A stretch of DNA of 64,000 nt from Cyanobacteria bacterium P01_E01_bin.6 (GTDB taxonomy: Bacteria; Cyanobacteriota; Cyanobacteriia; CAKZMO01), in NCBI GenBank assembly GCA_039194035.1, contig JBCCWF010000001.1, positions 3,970 to 67,969 of the forward strand, read 5' to 3'. This document shows, piece after piece, positions 28,762-37,634 of this stretch. The position numbers were made by a program, and so were the translations under genes. Positions within the stretch are counted from its first letter, which is position 1. Each line of letters begins with the position of its first letter. A model generated the notes under the pieces. It ran no database searches, was not told where the DNA came from, and saw only the letters and a program-made list of their open reading frames with translations.

Positions 28762-30507
28762 ATGAAACCTTGGAAATTTCTGATCGGTCTGCTCCTCGGA
28801 GCGCTCATTCTCATTCTCCCGTTGAGCCAATTTCAGCCCGATCCGCTGGATTCGCTCAAAACACTGACTGTTCAGCTTGACGGACGAAAGAAGCCACTGG
28901 ATACCGTGGCACTCGAAACCGTTGAAAAACTCCATGGGTCTACCCACTACAAACAGGCAGATGGAGAGACTCTGAACTATCTGCAAACGTATCTTTCAAT
29001 GGAAGTGAATGATCGGGATTGGAATCAAGAACCGTTCATTTTGTTTAGCTATCGCCCTCTCAAAGAAGAGATTGGCCTCGAACCAGAGCGTAAATACTTT
29101 AGCTTCCGTGAATTATTAAATTCTGAGCCACTGGCTCGGGTCGTCAATGATGCACACCGCAGGCAACTTTCCGATGAGGATCTAACCCGCAATGAGCGCG
29201 AAGCGCTCACGATTGAGGACCGCGTTACGCTCTTGTTCAGAACCGTGGGCACAAGTAGCTTGCCGCTGGTGCCCCATCCAGATGATGTGAAAGGAGCCTG
29301 GGCAACCATCCCCGATGCTCCCAAGCTCTATGAACCTGACCAGGTTGCTCCAGTGATGGCTCAGTTTGAGCTACTCAAACGAGCCTATCGAATGAGCCGC
29401 GATCATTCGGATGCGGTTGGTATGATGGCCTCAGAACTTCATCAAGGGTTAGCCGCTCTGAGTCCAGCCGTATATCCAGGCGATCGCACCATGGCTCGGG
29501 AAGTGTATTACAACGGTTTCCACCCCTTTGCAAAAGCTTGGATGCTTTATGGCGCAGCTTTTCTCGTGATGTTAGGTGCGCTTTGGGTCAAATCATTGGA
29601 ACGTTTTGGGCTTTATTGGACATCCCTCGGTTTATTTGTGGCAGGTATTGGCCTCCAAACCTACGGCTTTTTCTTACGGATGCAAATTGCGGGACGCCCT
29701 CCGGTCACCAACATGTATGAGTCGGTGGTCTGGGTCGGACTTGGCGTGGCGGCGATCGCCCTTCTGTTTGAACTGACCTCGCGCGCGAAGTACTACCTAC
29801 TGGCGGCGGCTCCTCTATCGGTGCTCTGTCTGGTGCTTGCCGATCGGTTGCCAGCGGTTCTCGACCCGAGCATTTCTCCATTAGTTCCAGTGCTGCGCGA
29901 TAACTTCTGGCTTAGTATCCATGTCCCGACCATTACTCTCGGATATGCAAGCTTCGCCCTCGCCATGGGGCTGGGGCATGTCGCCCTTGGTCATTATTTG
30001 TTTGCACCAGCGGCAAAAGAGCGCATTCGCACCATTGCCCAATTCAACTATCGCGTTCTCCAAGTTGGCGTGCTGTTGCTGACCACTGGCATCATCCTCG
30101 GGGGTATCTGGGCTCACTTCTCGTGGGGACGCTTTTGGGGCTGGGATCCAAAAGAGACCTGGGCACTCATTGCCCTGATGTGTTATCTCGTTCCCTTGCA
30201 TGGACGATTGGTCGGGTGGATTAGCAACTTTGGTATTACCGTCACCAGTGTGGTGTCATTTAATGCCGTGCTGATGGCATGGTACGGCGTCAACTTTGTG
30301 TTGGGAACAGGCCTACACAGCTATGGATTTAGCACGGGTGGATCAGAGCTGATCGTTGGTGCATTTGTCGGCCTCGACTTGTTATTTGTCTTGGTTGCAG
30401 CCATCCGTCATAAGCAATGGTGGCCTCAGTTCGCGTCATCCCAAGGTAATGCGGTAGAGCCATCTCTAACTGCTGAGTCTATTCCGAGTGCGTCAGAATC
30501 TGCTTAA
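28762..30507 (+). CDS. ccsA: cytochrome c-type biogenesis protein CcsA (heme lyase subunit) with ~250-aa N-terminal periplasmic extension
   Basis: WWD domain [29 protein letters not shown]. Multiple TM helices with conserved His. N-terminal signal/TM plus extra domain. 581 aa. Confidence 0.8.
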   Translation: MKPWKFLIGLLLGALILILPLSQFQPDPLDSLKTLTVQLDGRKKPLDTVALETVEKLHGSTHYKQADGETLNYLQTYLSMEVNDRDWNQEPFILFSYRPLKEEIGLEPERKYFSFRELLNSEPLARVVNDAHRRQLSDEDLTRNEREALTIEDRVTLLFRTVGTSSLPLVPHPDDVKGAWATIPDAPKLYEPDQVAPVMAQFELLKRAYRMSRDHSDAVGMMASELHQGLAALSPAVYPGDRTMAREVYYNGFHPFAKAWMLYGAAFLVMLGALWVKSLERFGLYWTSLGLFVAGIGLQTYGFFLRMQIAGRPPVTNMYESVVWVGLGVAAIALLFELTSRAKYYLLAAAPLSVLCLVLADRLPAVLDPSISPLVPVLRDNFWLSIHVPTITLGYASFALAMGLGHVALGHYLFAPAAKERIRTIAQFNYRVLQVGVLLLTTGIILGGIWAHFSWGRFWGWDPKETWALIALMCYLVPLHGRLVGWISNFGITVTSVVSFNAVLMAWYGVNFVLGTGLHSYGFSTGGSELIVGAFVGLDLLFVLVAAIRHKQWWPQFASSQGNAVEPSLTAESIPSASESA

Positions 30508-30518
30508 GGAGGAAACCG

Positions 30519-31001
30519 ATGGATCGTCGTAAATTTTTGAACTGGGTGGGTTTGGGAGCCTTGGCAACATCGCTTCCGGTGGCGATCGCCGCTTGCCAAT
30601 CCGAGTCATCATCCCCAGCCGATACAGCATCAGATTCTCCAGAATCATCTGCTGCGTCATCTGAGGTGGGGACGGTTCGACCCGACGGCTCATTTGTTGT
30701 GGGTACTGTTGCCGATTTAGATGAAAATGGAGTCCTCAAAGGCCGACCAGCGTTTTCCTCTGGAGCTGTTCTTGTGATTCGTGCTCCCGACGCTGCAGAT
30801 ACCCTTTATGTCGTGGACTCCCTTTGTACCCATCAGGGTTGCTCTGTTGATTGGGAATCATCAGCTTCTGAATTTGCTTGTCCGTGTCATGGCTCAACTT
30901 TTTCAGCGGATGGCAGCGTGACGACTGGTCCGGCAACGGATCCTCTGGCTACATTCCAAGCCACGATTGATGGTGAGCTTGTCTTGGTTCAACCAAGCTA
31001 G
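30519..31001 (+). CDS. Rieske [2Fe-2S] protein with Tat signal and probable lipobox (periplasmic lipoprotein)
   Basis: MDRRKFLNWVGLGALATSLPVAIAAC (twin-Arg plus lipobox-like IAAC). Ser-rich linker. Rieske boxes CTHQGC ... CPCHGS. Confidence 0.8.
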   Translation: MDRRKFLNWVGLGALATSLPVAIAACQSESSSPADTASDSPESSAASSEVGTVRPDGSFVVGTVADLDENGVLKGRPAFSSGAVLVIRAPDAADTLYVVDSLCTHQGCSVDWESSASEFACPCHGSTFSADGSVTTGPATDPLATFQATIDGELVLVQPS

Positions 31002-31011
31002 TCAGTAAATG

Positions 31012-31104
31012 GCCATTATTAAACGTGCTGTTCCAACCCCTATGCCGCCTTCGCAGTGGGCGGCATAGGGGTTGGGGATTTGGTTTCATTCTGTCCAGGT
31101 ACGT
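31012..31104. repeat. MITE-like repeat family A copy 3 (hairpin variant CCCCTATGCCGCC / GGCGGCATAGGGG)
   Basis: TTAAACGTGCTGTTCCAA...GGTTTCATTCTGTCCAGGTAC. Confidence 0.6.
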
Positions 31105-31189
31105 AGTGTGTTGTCTCGTATTGTGTCTCTTATCGAGCAGCCTATTTTCCATTCGTTGTCTCATTCAGCTCATTTATTAGCCGTTCATC

Positions 31190-31522
31190 ATGGATGATAA
31201 AAAACAGCTTTTAGCTCAAACAATGGCGTTGTTAATGTCAACAACACCTGAAACAACACTGGGTCGATTTTTGAATTTTTGCCTTGCTACGAAAGTTGAA
31301 ACGGCGATCGCCCACAAGACTCCCTTTGAAATAGCTGAAGAATTAATGGAGCATCCTGAAAAACTCTCCCAATGGATCTCTGAAACAATTGATGGCGATG
31401 ATGATTATACAGTTGATGAAATGGTTGCCCTTTCAGATATGCACATCCAAAATCCTCATACTTTCATGGCTCAATTAATAGAAGAATTGAATCAAATTCA
31501 GTTGGACGACGTAAATCCTTAA
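31190..31522 (+). CDS. hypothetical acidic protein
   Basis: ORF only. Confidence 0.3.
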   Translation: MDDKKQLLAQTMALLMSTTPETTLGRFLNFCLATKVETAIAHKTPFEIAEELMEHPEKLSQWISETIDGDDDYTVDEMVALSDMHIQNPHTFMAQLIEELNQIQLDDVNP

Positions 31523-31650
31523 ATCACTGTTCAATTACTTAGGTAATGAGAGCTTTCTACTTGCTCCCCATCAATCATGCGGCGATGCCAGGATGCTTTC
31601 CTAAAGCGACCTTGTAGATGCGTATTCTTTTTACTTGTGATTTTTCATTG

Positions 31651-31690
31651 AGCGATCGCCATAAACAATTAAATGTTTGTGGCGATCGCT
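31651..31690. promoter_or_regulatory. near-perfect palindrome built around two HIP1 sites (AGCGATCGCCATAAACAATTAAATGTTTGTGGCGATCGCT), ~300 nt upstream of the globin gene
   Basis: Seen in the sequence. Candidate operator. Confidence 0.3.
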
Positions 31691-31979
31691 TTCTTCCTAT
31701 TGGTTAAAGGGAAAGGCATGTTATGTCAAAAAGGTGAGAAATGATTAAAGATCTGACATCGATTCGCATCGATGCGGTTTATGCAACTCGTGCAAGCAAG
31801 TTCTGCATGACCTGCTGGTATTTGTATCAGAAAATGCAAAACAGCTCATTTTTTTTTCGTAATCTCTCATCTTGATAGCAGTGTTTTTCATCCATACACT
31901 TGCCAGAAAAGCATCTTTTATTTGCGTGAAATTTGCCTCAAAAAAGTGCTTCTCTATGTGTCGCCAAGGAGTCTAGGTC

Positions 31980-33014
31980 ATGTCTCTTCAAGTTGAACTT
32001 CTCGAAACAAGTTTCGAGAAAGTTAAGCCCCATGCTAATGAATTCGTTACGAGTTTTTATGACAATTTGTTCGCTGACTACCCTGCAGCAAAACCCCTGT
32101 TTGAGCACACCGATATGCCCAAACAAATACAGCAGCTTAAGGGGGGGCTCGTCATGGTGGTGGAGAATCTGCGCAACCCTGAAGTGCTCACCAAAGCGCT
32201 TGGTGGACTCGGCGCTCGCCATGTCAAGTATGGTGCGCTGCCTGACCATTACCCCCTAGTCGGCAACAGTCTGCTCAAAACCTTTGATCAGTACCTCAAG
32301 GAAGACTGGACGCCCGAGGTTAAGCAGGCTTGGGTTGACGCCTACGGCGCGATCACCGCGCTGATGCTCGAAGGCGCTGATTACTCTGAGGAACAGGTGG
32401 ATCTCTCTGCGGCTCCCCCTGCGACAGCCGCAGCGGCTGTCGACGAACCTGCCGAAGAGTCAGGCGGGTTGAAGGTTGAACTGTTAGAAGAAAGTTTTGG
32501 CAAGGTTGCGCCCCAGGCCGACGAATTTGTGGCAAGCTTCTACGACAATCTGTTCACCGACTATCCGGCATCCAAGCCACTGTTTGAGCATACCGATATG
32601 CCCAAGCAAATGCAGCAGCTCAAGGGTGGTTTGGTCATGGTGATTCAAAATCTGCGCAAGCCTGAGGTGCTCAGCAAGGCTCTGGGAGGGCTGGGTGCAC
32701 GACACGTAAAATATGGTGCGTTGCCAGAGCACTATCCACTCGTTGGGAACAGCCTGCTCAAGACATTTGGTCAGTATCTCAAAGAAGATTGGACCCCTGA
32801 GGTGAAGGGCGCGTGGGTCGATGCCTATGGTGCCATTACTGCGCTCATGTTGGAAGGAGCTGATTATTCCAAGGAAGACGTTCAGCTTGAGACTCCAGTT
32901 GCTGCGGTTGCCACTGCTGCTCCGCAGGAAGATGACGGGTCCAATGTTGCGCCTATTGTCGGTGGTCTTGTGGGTGGCGGCATTCTAATTGCTCTTTTGC
33001 TTATTCTTCTTTAA
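31980..33014 (+). CDS. tandem two-domain globin (bacterial haemoglobin-like) with C-terminal hydrophobic membrane anchor
   Basis: Two ~150-aa repeats ~80% identical to each other. Each resembles Vitreoscilla Hb (FYDNLFADYPAAKPLFEHTDM ... LGARHVKYGALPDHYPLVGNSLLKTF ... AWVDAYGAITALML). C-terminal tail PIVGGLVGGGILIALLLILL. Confidence 0.7.
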   Translation: MSLQVELLETSFEKVKPHANEFVTSFYDNLFADYPAAKPLFEHTDMPKQIQQLKGGLVMVVENLRNPEVLTKALGGLGARHVKYGALPDHYPLVGNSLLKTFDQYLKEDWTPEVKQAWVDAYGAITALMLEGADYSEEQVDLSAAPPATAAAAVDEPAEESGGLKVELLEESFGKVAPQADEFVASFYDNLFTDYPASKPLFEHTDMPKQMQQLKGGLVMVIQNLRKPEVLSKALGGLGARHVKYGALPEHYPLVGNSLLKTFGQYLKEDWTPEVKGAWVDAYGAITALMLEGADYSKEDVQLETPVAAVATAAPQEDDGSNVAPIVGGLVGGGILIALLLILL

Positions 33015-33031
33015 GACAACAGTGATAAGTT

Positions 33032-33685
33032 ATGGCGTTCAATTTTGGAAGAATGCTTAGACGAAAATCGTTCTTCAGTCTTCAAACGGCCATTATTGCT
33101 GCTGGCATTATTTTACTGGTTGGGCTTGTTGGGGTCTTCGCGCTGGAAACGGATCAGCAGACGATCTTCTTACCTGGTGAAACATCTGAAGGCCATTTTT
33201 TGTTTGAAGCATCCTGTGCATCCTGTCATGAGGGGTTTAAGCCGGTGACGAACGAGACATGCATGCGTTGTCATGAAGCCGAAATGGCGGACGACAAGCA
33301 TGGCCCCAAGAAGTTTCGTGATCCTCGTTGGGCTGCTGACCTCGAAAAGCTTGAAGTGTTGACCTGTACAACTTGCCACAACGAACATGTGCATATGTTT
33401 GGGCGGGGTGTTCATCTTCAGCCAGATTTATGTATGGCTTGTCATCAGGGCATCATTGAGGGCGATATGCAGAGCCATGACGGATTTACTCCTGATGGCT
33501 GCTGGACAGCAGGGTGCCATAACTTCCACGATCACCGTTCGATTTCCACTGGGTTCCTCGCTGACACGCTCGATCAGCCTCCGATGTTGCCTGTTCAGGA
33601 GCTGCCAATCCTGGACGTGATAACAACACTGGACTCAGCACCCGACGCTGATTTGTGGGATGAGTTTTTAGGAGGTGAATCATGA
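33032..33685 (+). CDS. membrane-anchored pentaheme c-type cytochrome (four CxxCH + one CX4CH)
   Basis: N-terminal TM IIAAGIILLVGLVGVFAL. Heme motifs CASCHE, CMRCHE, CTTCHN, CMACHQ and CWTAGCH. Confidence 0.7.
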   Translation: MAFNFGRMLRRKSFFSLQTAIIAAGIILLVGLVGVFALETDQQTIFLPGETSEGHFLFEASCASCHEGFKPVTNETCMRCHEAEMADDKHGPKKFRDPRWAADLEKLEVLTCTTCHNEHVHMFGRGVHLQPDLCMACHQGIIEGDMQSHDGFTPDGCWTAGCHNFHDHRSISTGFLADTLDQPPMLPVQELPILDVITTLDSAPDADLWDEFLGGES

Positions 33686-34485
33686 GGCGATCGCTCGTTC
33701 TCTTGGTTGCCATCCTGATGGGATTGGTCGGATATATGCTGGGACATCCACAGCCAGTCTTCGCTCATGCGTCTGAGGCTGACCTTCAGGAGATTCAAAC
33801 ACTCTGGGAAGGCAGTGTTCATGCTCTGGCTGATGTGAATTGCTCAAGTTGTCATCAGCAGGATGAGACGAATGCATTTATTGCTCATCCTGATCATGAA
33901 AGCTGTCAATCCTGTCATGACGCACAGGTCGATACTTTCTTACTCGGGAAACACGGGATCCGGTTGTTCGAAGGGATGAGTCCACTGACTCCTGCCATGG
34001 CTCGATTGCCGATGAAGGCTGACGCGCACAATCGCCAAATGACCTGCAATACTTGCCATGATGTTCATTCGGTCAATACCGTGCAAGCCTCTGTTGACTC
34101 GTGTCTGACCTGCCATAACGATACACACTCGTTGAACTATGAAAATTCCAGACACGCTGAGCTGTTTATGGCGGATCAAGGCTTGCCTCGCCCGTCAAGC
34201 CAGGCCGTCAGTTGTTCGACCTGCCATATGCCCCGCCAAGATTTGGGTAGCCCGAGCAGCCCCCAAGTTGTGGTAAATCACAACAACACGTTTACCCTAT
34301 TACCGCGCGATCGCATGGTCATTGAAGTCTGTATGAACTGCCATGGCGTTGAGTATAGCTACAACAGTATTTTTGACGATGATTTGGTAGAGGCAAATTT
34401 CGACAAGCCTCCTAGCCTATCGCTAGAGACCTTTGACTTGGTGCGTACCTTTGAAAAACAGCGTACCAGCCAGGATAGCGAATAA
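33682..34485 (+). CDS. periplasmic hexaheme c-type cytochrome
   Basis: Signal peptide. CSSCH, CQSCH, CNTCH, CLTCH, CSTCH, CMNCH. Start overlaps the upstream stop (ATGA), indicating translational coupling. Confidence 0.75.
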   Translation: MRRSLVLLVAILMGLVGYMLGHPQPVFAHASEADLQEIQTLWEGSVHALADVNCSSCHQQDETNAFIAHPDHESCQSCHDAQVDTFLLGKHGIRLFEGMSPLTPAMARLPMKADAHNRQMTCNTCHDVHSVNTVQASVDSCLTCHNDTHSLNYENSRHAELFMADQGLPRPSSQAVSCSTCHMPRQDLGSPSSPQVVVNHNNTFTLLPRDRMVIEVCMNCHGVEYSYNSIFDDDLVEANFDKPPSLSLETFDLVRTFEKQRTSQDSE

Positions 34486-34610
34486 CGGCAGTCGTCAATT
34501 CCAGTGTTCGCATCAACGAACTTTCTCACACGTTCACGCCCTCAAATCCTGTTATGTCAGGTACGTGATTATCACCGATACAACAGTCTTACTCTCTAGA
34601 CAAGGAGTTC

Positions 34611-35276
34611 ATGTTTATGAAAACTATCAATCAATGGATGGATGCGATTCGCACCCGGACAGTCGCATTCATTGCGATTATCCTAGCGGTTGCAGTTACT
34701 GCAATTTCTTGTAGTGGTAGTCCTGCTCCCGACGCAGGAGAAACCGTTAGCGGCATCTCTCCCGAAATCGTTGTGGATTATATTCATACGGTTGCTGCAT
34801 CCGATCGGACGGCTTACACCAAGCATGTTGTGGCTCGTCTGAAAACATTGGAAGGCAACGATAAGCCAGATGGTGTTGTTCCAGCTGAAGCCACCGAAGC
34901 TTGGCAGCAAACCGACGGTATTCCACTCCCCGCTCAGATGTTCCGACTCGGAGCAGAGCTAGCGTCAGAAGGTGGCGATTTTACCATTGGTCTCATTTCC
35001 CCTTGGAATATTAATGACAGCCAGGCTCCGAAGGGAGAATTTGAAGAAGTTGGGATGCAGGAAGTGATTGACACTGGTGAACCCTACAAAGGGTATCAAG
35101 AAATTGGTGGTCAACAATACTATTCTGCAATTTACCCCGACCCTGCGGTTGCCGATGCCTGTGTCAGCTGTCACAACAATCATCCGACCCATCAGGAACG
35201 GTATCCAGACAAAGTGTTCGAACTGAATGATGTGATGGGTGGCGTTGTCATCAACCTTCCTCTAGAGGGTGCTTAA
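34611..35276 (+). CDS. c-type monoheme protein, Tll0287/DUF3365-like PAS-type heme sensor domain; N-terminal anchor or lipoprotein signal
   Basis: Single CVSCHNNH motif near the C-terminus, as in Tll0287-like proteins. ~220 aa. N-terminal hydrophobic segment ending ISCSG. Confidence 0.5.
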   Translation: MFMKTINQWMDAIRTRTVAFIAIILAVAVTAISCSGSPAPDAGETVSGISPEIVVDYIHTVAASDRTAYTKHVVARLKTLEGNDKPDGVVPAEATEAWQQTDGIPLPAQMFRLGAELASEGGDFTIGLISPWNINDSQAPKGEFEEVGMQEVIDTGEPYKGYQEIGGQQYYSAIYPDPAVADACVSCHNNHPTHQERYPDKVFELNDVMGGVVINLPLEGA

Positions 35277-35451
35277 GCGAGGTACGGGGTTCTAGTTTCT
35301 CGCTGGGGTCGTGAAGTGTTCATGTCGAACATTTCACGACCCCAAGTCGCTAGACACTAGGTAAATGATTAATTTTGATGTCTGCCTGTAACGTGCCCTT
35401 AACGTTATTAAGCATCGACCGAGTTCTTCTTTTGCTCGATTTCTCACTTGT

Positions 35452-36279
35452 TTGTTCCGACACGCTTATCATCCAAGACCCATGAAACCCAGGTTTTCAA
35501 CGCTCATTCTCCTAACTCTTTTAACGGCCATTATTTTGGTTCCGTTTGCCCTAAGCAGCACCTATCTGCCGCTGTTGCGCGATCGCGCATTTACGCTATA
35601 CGAGCTGTTTCGGACTGACCTGTATAAGCAAATTACGGGGTTTGTACTGTTGGCGCTTGTGCTCGCAGAAATGGGCTTAGCGCTCAGGAAGCGAGGCCGG
35701 AAGTGGAAGGTTAAATTGCCAGGAACGATGATGCTTTGGAGAAGTGTTCACATTTTCTTGGGCGTCTTCTTAATTGCAGCCGTTTTGGTTCATACCATCG
35801 GCTCAACTGGGTTGAATTTCAATGCGGTTTTTTTATGGGTGTTTTTTGGTGTGGCGCTGACTGCTCTGATTGGCGTGGTGGCAGAGACCGGTATTTTGGA
35901 AACCGATGTTGTTCAGGTGTTACGACTCCGGTTCTTGCGCCGCGATGGATTCGTTAAGCCAGCACCTGCTGGTTCCGTCGCCAAGCTGACTGGAGAGATG
36001 GCGGCGGCCCATTCACCTGACCAGTTCGTCGGCAGCGTATCGGCCTCTCCTGCAACCGTGTCCATTGGGCAACCTAGTATGGTGGCTGGCAACCCTGAAC
36101 CCGAGCCGATTTTCACCCCCGAAGGAGCCGCAAAACTTCCGTGGGTCATTGCAGCGATGTCAAAAGGCCCTATTATTCGAGGGCTTCGGGCGATTTGGCT
36201 GTCGTCTCATATTTTCCTTGTGAGTGTGTTTACAATCATGCTCGGCTTCCATATTTTCCTCGCGTTTTATTATCAATAG
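35452..36279 (+). CDS. polytopic membrane protein with conserved His in TM helices (possible b-type heme or ferric-reductase-like membrane subunit)
   Basis: TM helices containing WRSVHIFLGV ... LVHTIG and SSHIFLVS ... FHIFLAFY. Confidence 0.35.
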   Translation: MFRHAYHPRPMKPRFSTLILLTLLTAIILVPFALSSTYLPLLRDRAFTLYELFRTDLYKQITGFVLLALVLAEMGLALRKRGRKWKVKLPGTMMLWRSVHIFLGVFLIAAVLVHTIGSTGLNFNAVFLWVFFGVALTALIGVVAETGILETDVVQVLRLRFLRRDGFVKPAPAGSVAKLTGEMAAAHSPDQFVGSVSASPATVSIGQPSMVAGNPEPEPIFTPEGAAKLPWVIAAMSKGPIIRGLRAIWLSSHIFLVSVFTIMLGFHIFLAFYYQ

Positions 36280-36297
36280 GGTAAGAGGCTTCAACCT

Positions 36298-36774
36298 ATG
36301 GCTTCTGGACGTAGTGAACCGCCAGCAATGCGACGCATTGGTGTCACGTTTATTGTTCTGATTGGGTTTGCAATTGCAACCTTTTTTCTAACCCGCCCAG
36401 TCACAGCCTCGTCAAGCATGTCCCCTGTCTCTGGCCTGGTGATGCTGAAAGCCATGGCACAGGCATCCGTTCCCTATGAAGAGGCGATCGCCAGCGGTAA
36501 ACCCACCTTCATGGAGTTCTACGCAGACTGGTGCACGACTTGTCAGTCCATGGCATTAACGGTTGCGGAGCTGCACACTCACTATGGGGCAGATCTGAAT
36601 TTTGTCATGCTGAATATTGACGACCCCAAATGGCGATCGCAAGTTGAACAATTTCATGTCGGTGGAGTCCCTGAGTATTTCTTACTGGACAACGACCAAT
36701 CAATACATCGCTCGTTTATTGGTCGGGTTCCTTACGGGATTATGGCTCAATCCGTAAATAATCTAATAAATTAA
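36298..36774 (+). CDS. thioredoxin-like thiol:disulfide oxidoreductase (CcsX/ResA/TlpA-like, membrane-anchored)
   Basis: N-terminal TM then the thioredoxin fold with WCTTCQ (CxxC) active site. Confidence 0.65.
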   Translation: MASGRSEPPAMRRIGVTFIVLIGFAIATFFLTRPVTASSSMSPVSGLVMLKAMAQASVPYEEAIASGKPTFMEFYADWCTTCQSMALTVAELHTHYGADLNFVMLNIDDPKWRSQVEQFHVGGVPEYFLLDNDQSIHRSFIGRVPYGIMAQSVNNLIN

Positions 36775-37380
36775 TGCGTGTGATTGCGGCTTGCAGTATT
36801 GTTTTTTACAGCAATTATGAATGTAAGAGAGCACTACTGAGTCATCGCATTTTGGATATACTCCATGACCATATCAAATGAGCAACCCGGCGATCGCCCT
36901 TGTTTAAGCAACGAAGAGCAAGCGCTGAAAAGTTACATGGCCTATCTTCAACTCTGTGAATCGATATGGCCAGAGGTTTCAATCGAGCTGATGACGAAAG
37001 CATTTCAGGGCAATTCTTCCCTATCTGAGTCGATCATCCAAAGTAATTAATGATGCAATTTGTTACAGTCACAGATAGTAAGCTGCAAAGATAATCTGTT
37101 TGCACTTGGTGTTTAGATATCAGCAACTCACCGTTGTCCTGACCTGTATTCGTTATGCGCTCTCACCCAGATGGTTTTACTGTCTATTATTAGGTGCTAT
37201 GACTAAAGTTTCTAAGGGGTTACTCCTGAGTGTGACAATGCTTCTAGATGCATTAGAGTTTTTAAGCGATCCGTTTGTGCTTGCCTCAGGCATTGTTCTC
37301 AGTACCTACTATTTCGGACTACACATACTAAACATTAGTTCGTCTAGTGGGTAAGTTGTTAGCTATTGAATTAGTTATTG

Positions 37381-37494
37381 AAATGGCGTGGTTGTCCTCC
37401 GACGGAGGCGGGAGACAACCAACAAAATACGCAAGATAAATGGCGTAGTTGCCCTCCGACGAAGGCGGGAGACAACCAACAAAATACGCAAAAT
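37381..37494. repeat. two tandem copies of a 57-bp unit, each with a nested GC hairpin (GTTGTCCTCCGACGGAGGCGGGAGACAAC)
   Basis: Direct reading. The units differ at 5 positions. Confidence 0.8.
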
Positions 37495-37529
37495 AGGTGA
37501 GTTTTAGCTTATGAAGCAACTCGCTATAA

Positions 37530-37618
37530 TTGAACGTACCCTCCCAAATCCTGCGCTGCCTGCGCAGCGGACAGCACAGGATTTGAGTTTTTGTTTCTAA
37601 TTACGCCCAGTTACTGAA
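37530..37618. repeat. MITE-like repeat family A copy 4 (hairpin variant CCTGCGCTGCC / GGACAGCACAGG)
   Basis: ATAATTGAACGTACCCTCCCAAATCCTG...GGATTTGAGTTTTTGTTTCTAATTACGCCCAGTTACTGAAC. Confidence 0.6.
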
Positions 37619-37634
37619 CTAACGTGGTGTCCTA

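Noticed and set aside
37328-37519. 63-aa minus ORF with repeated YFVGCLPP sequence
   Set aside because: It is simply the translation of the 57-bp tandem DNA repeat. No start or RBS context.
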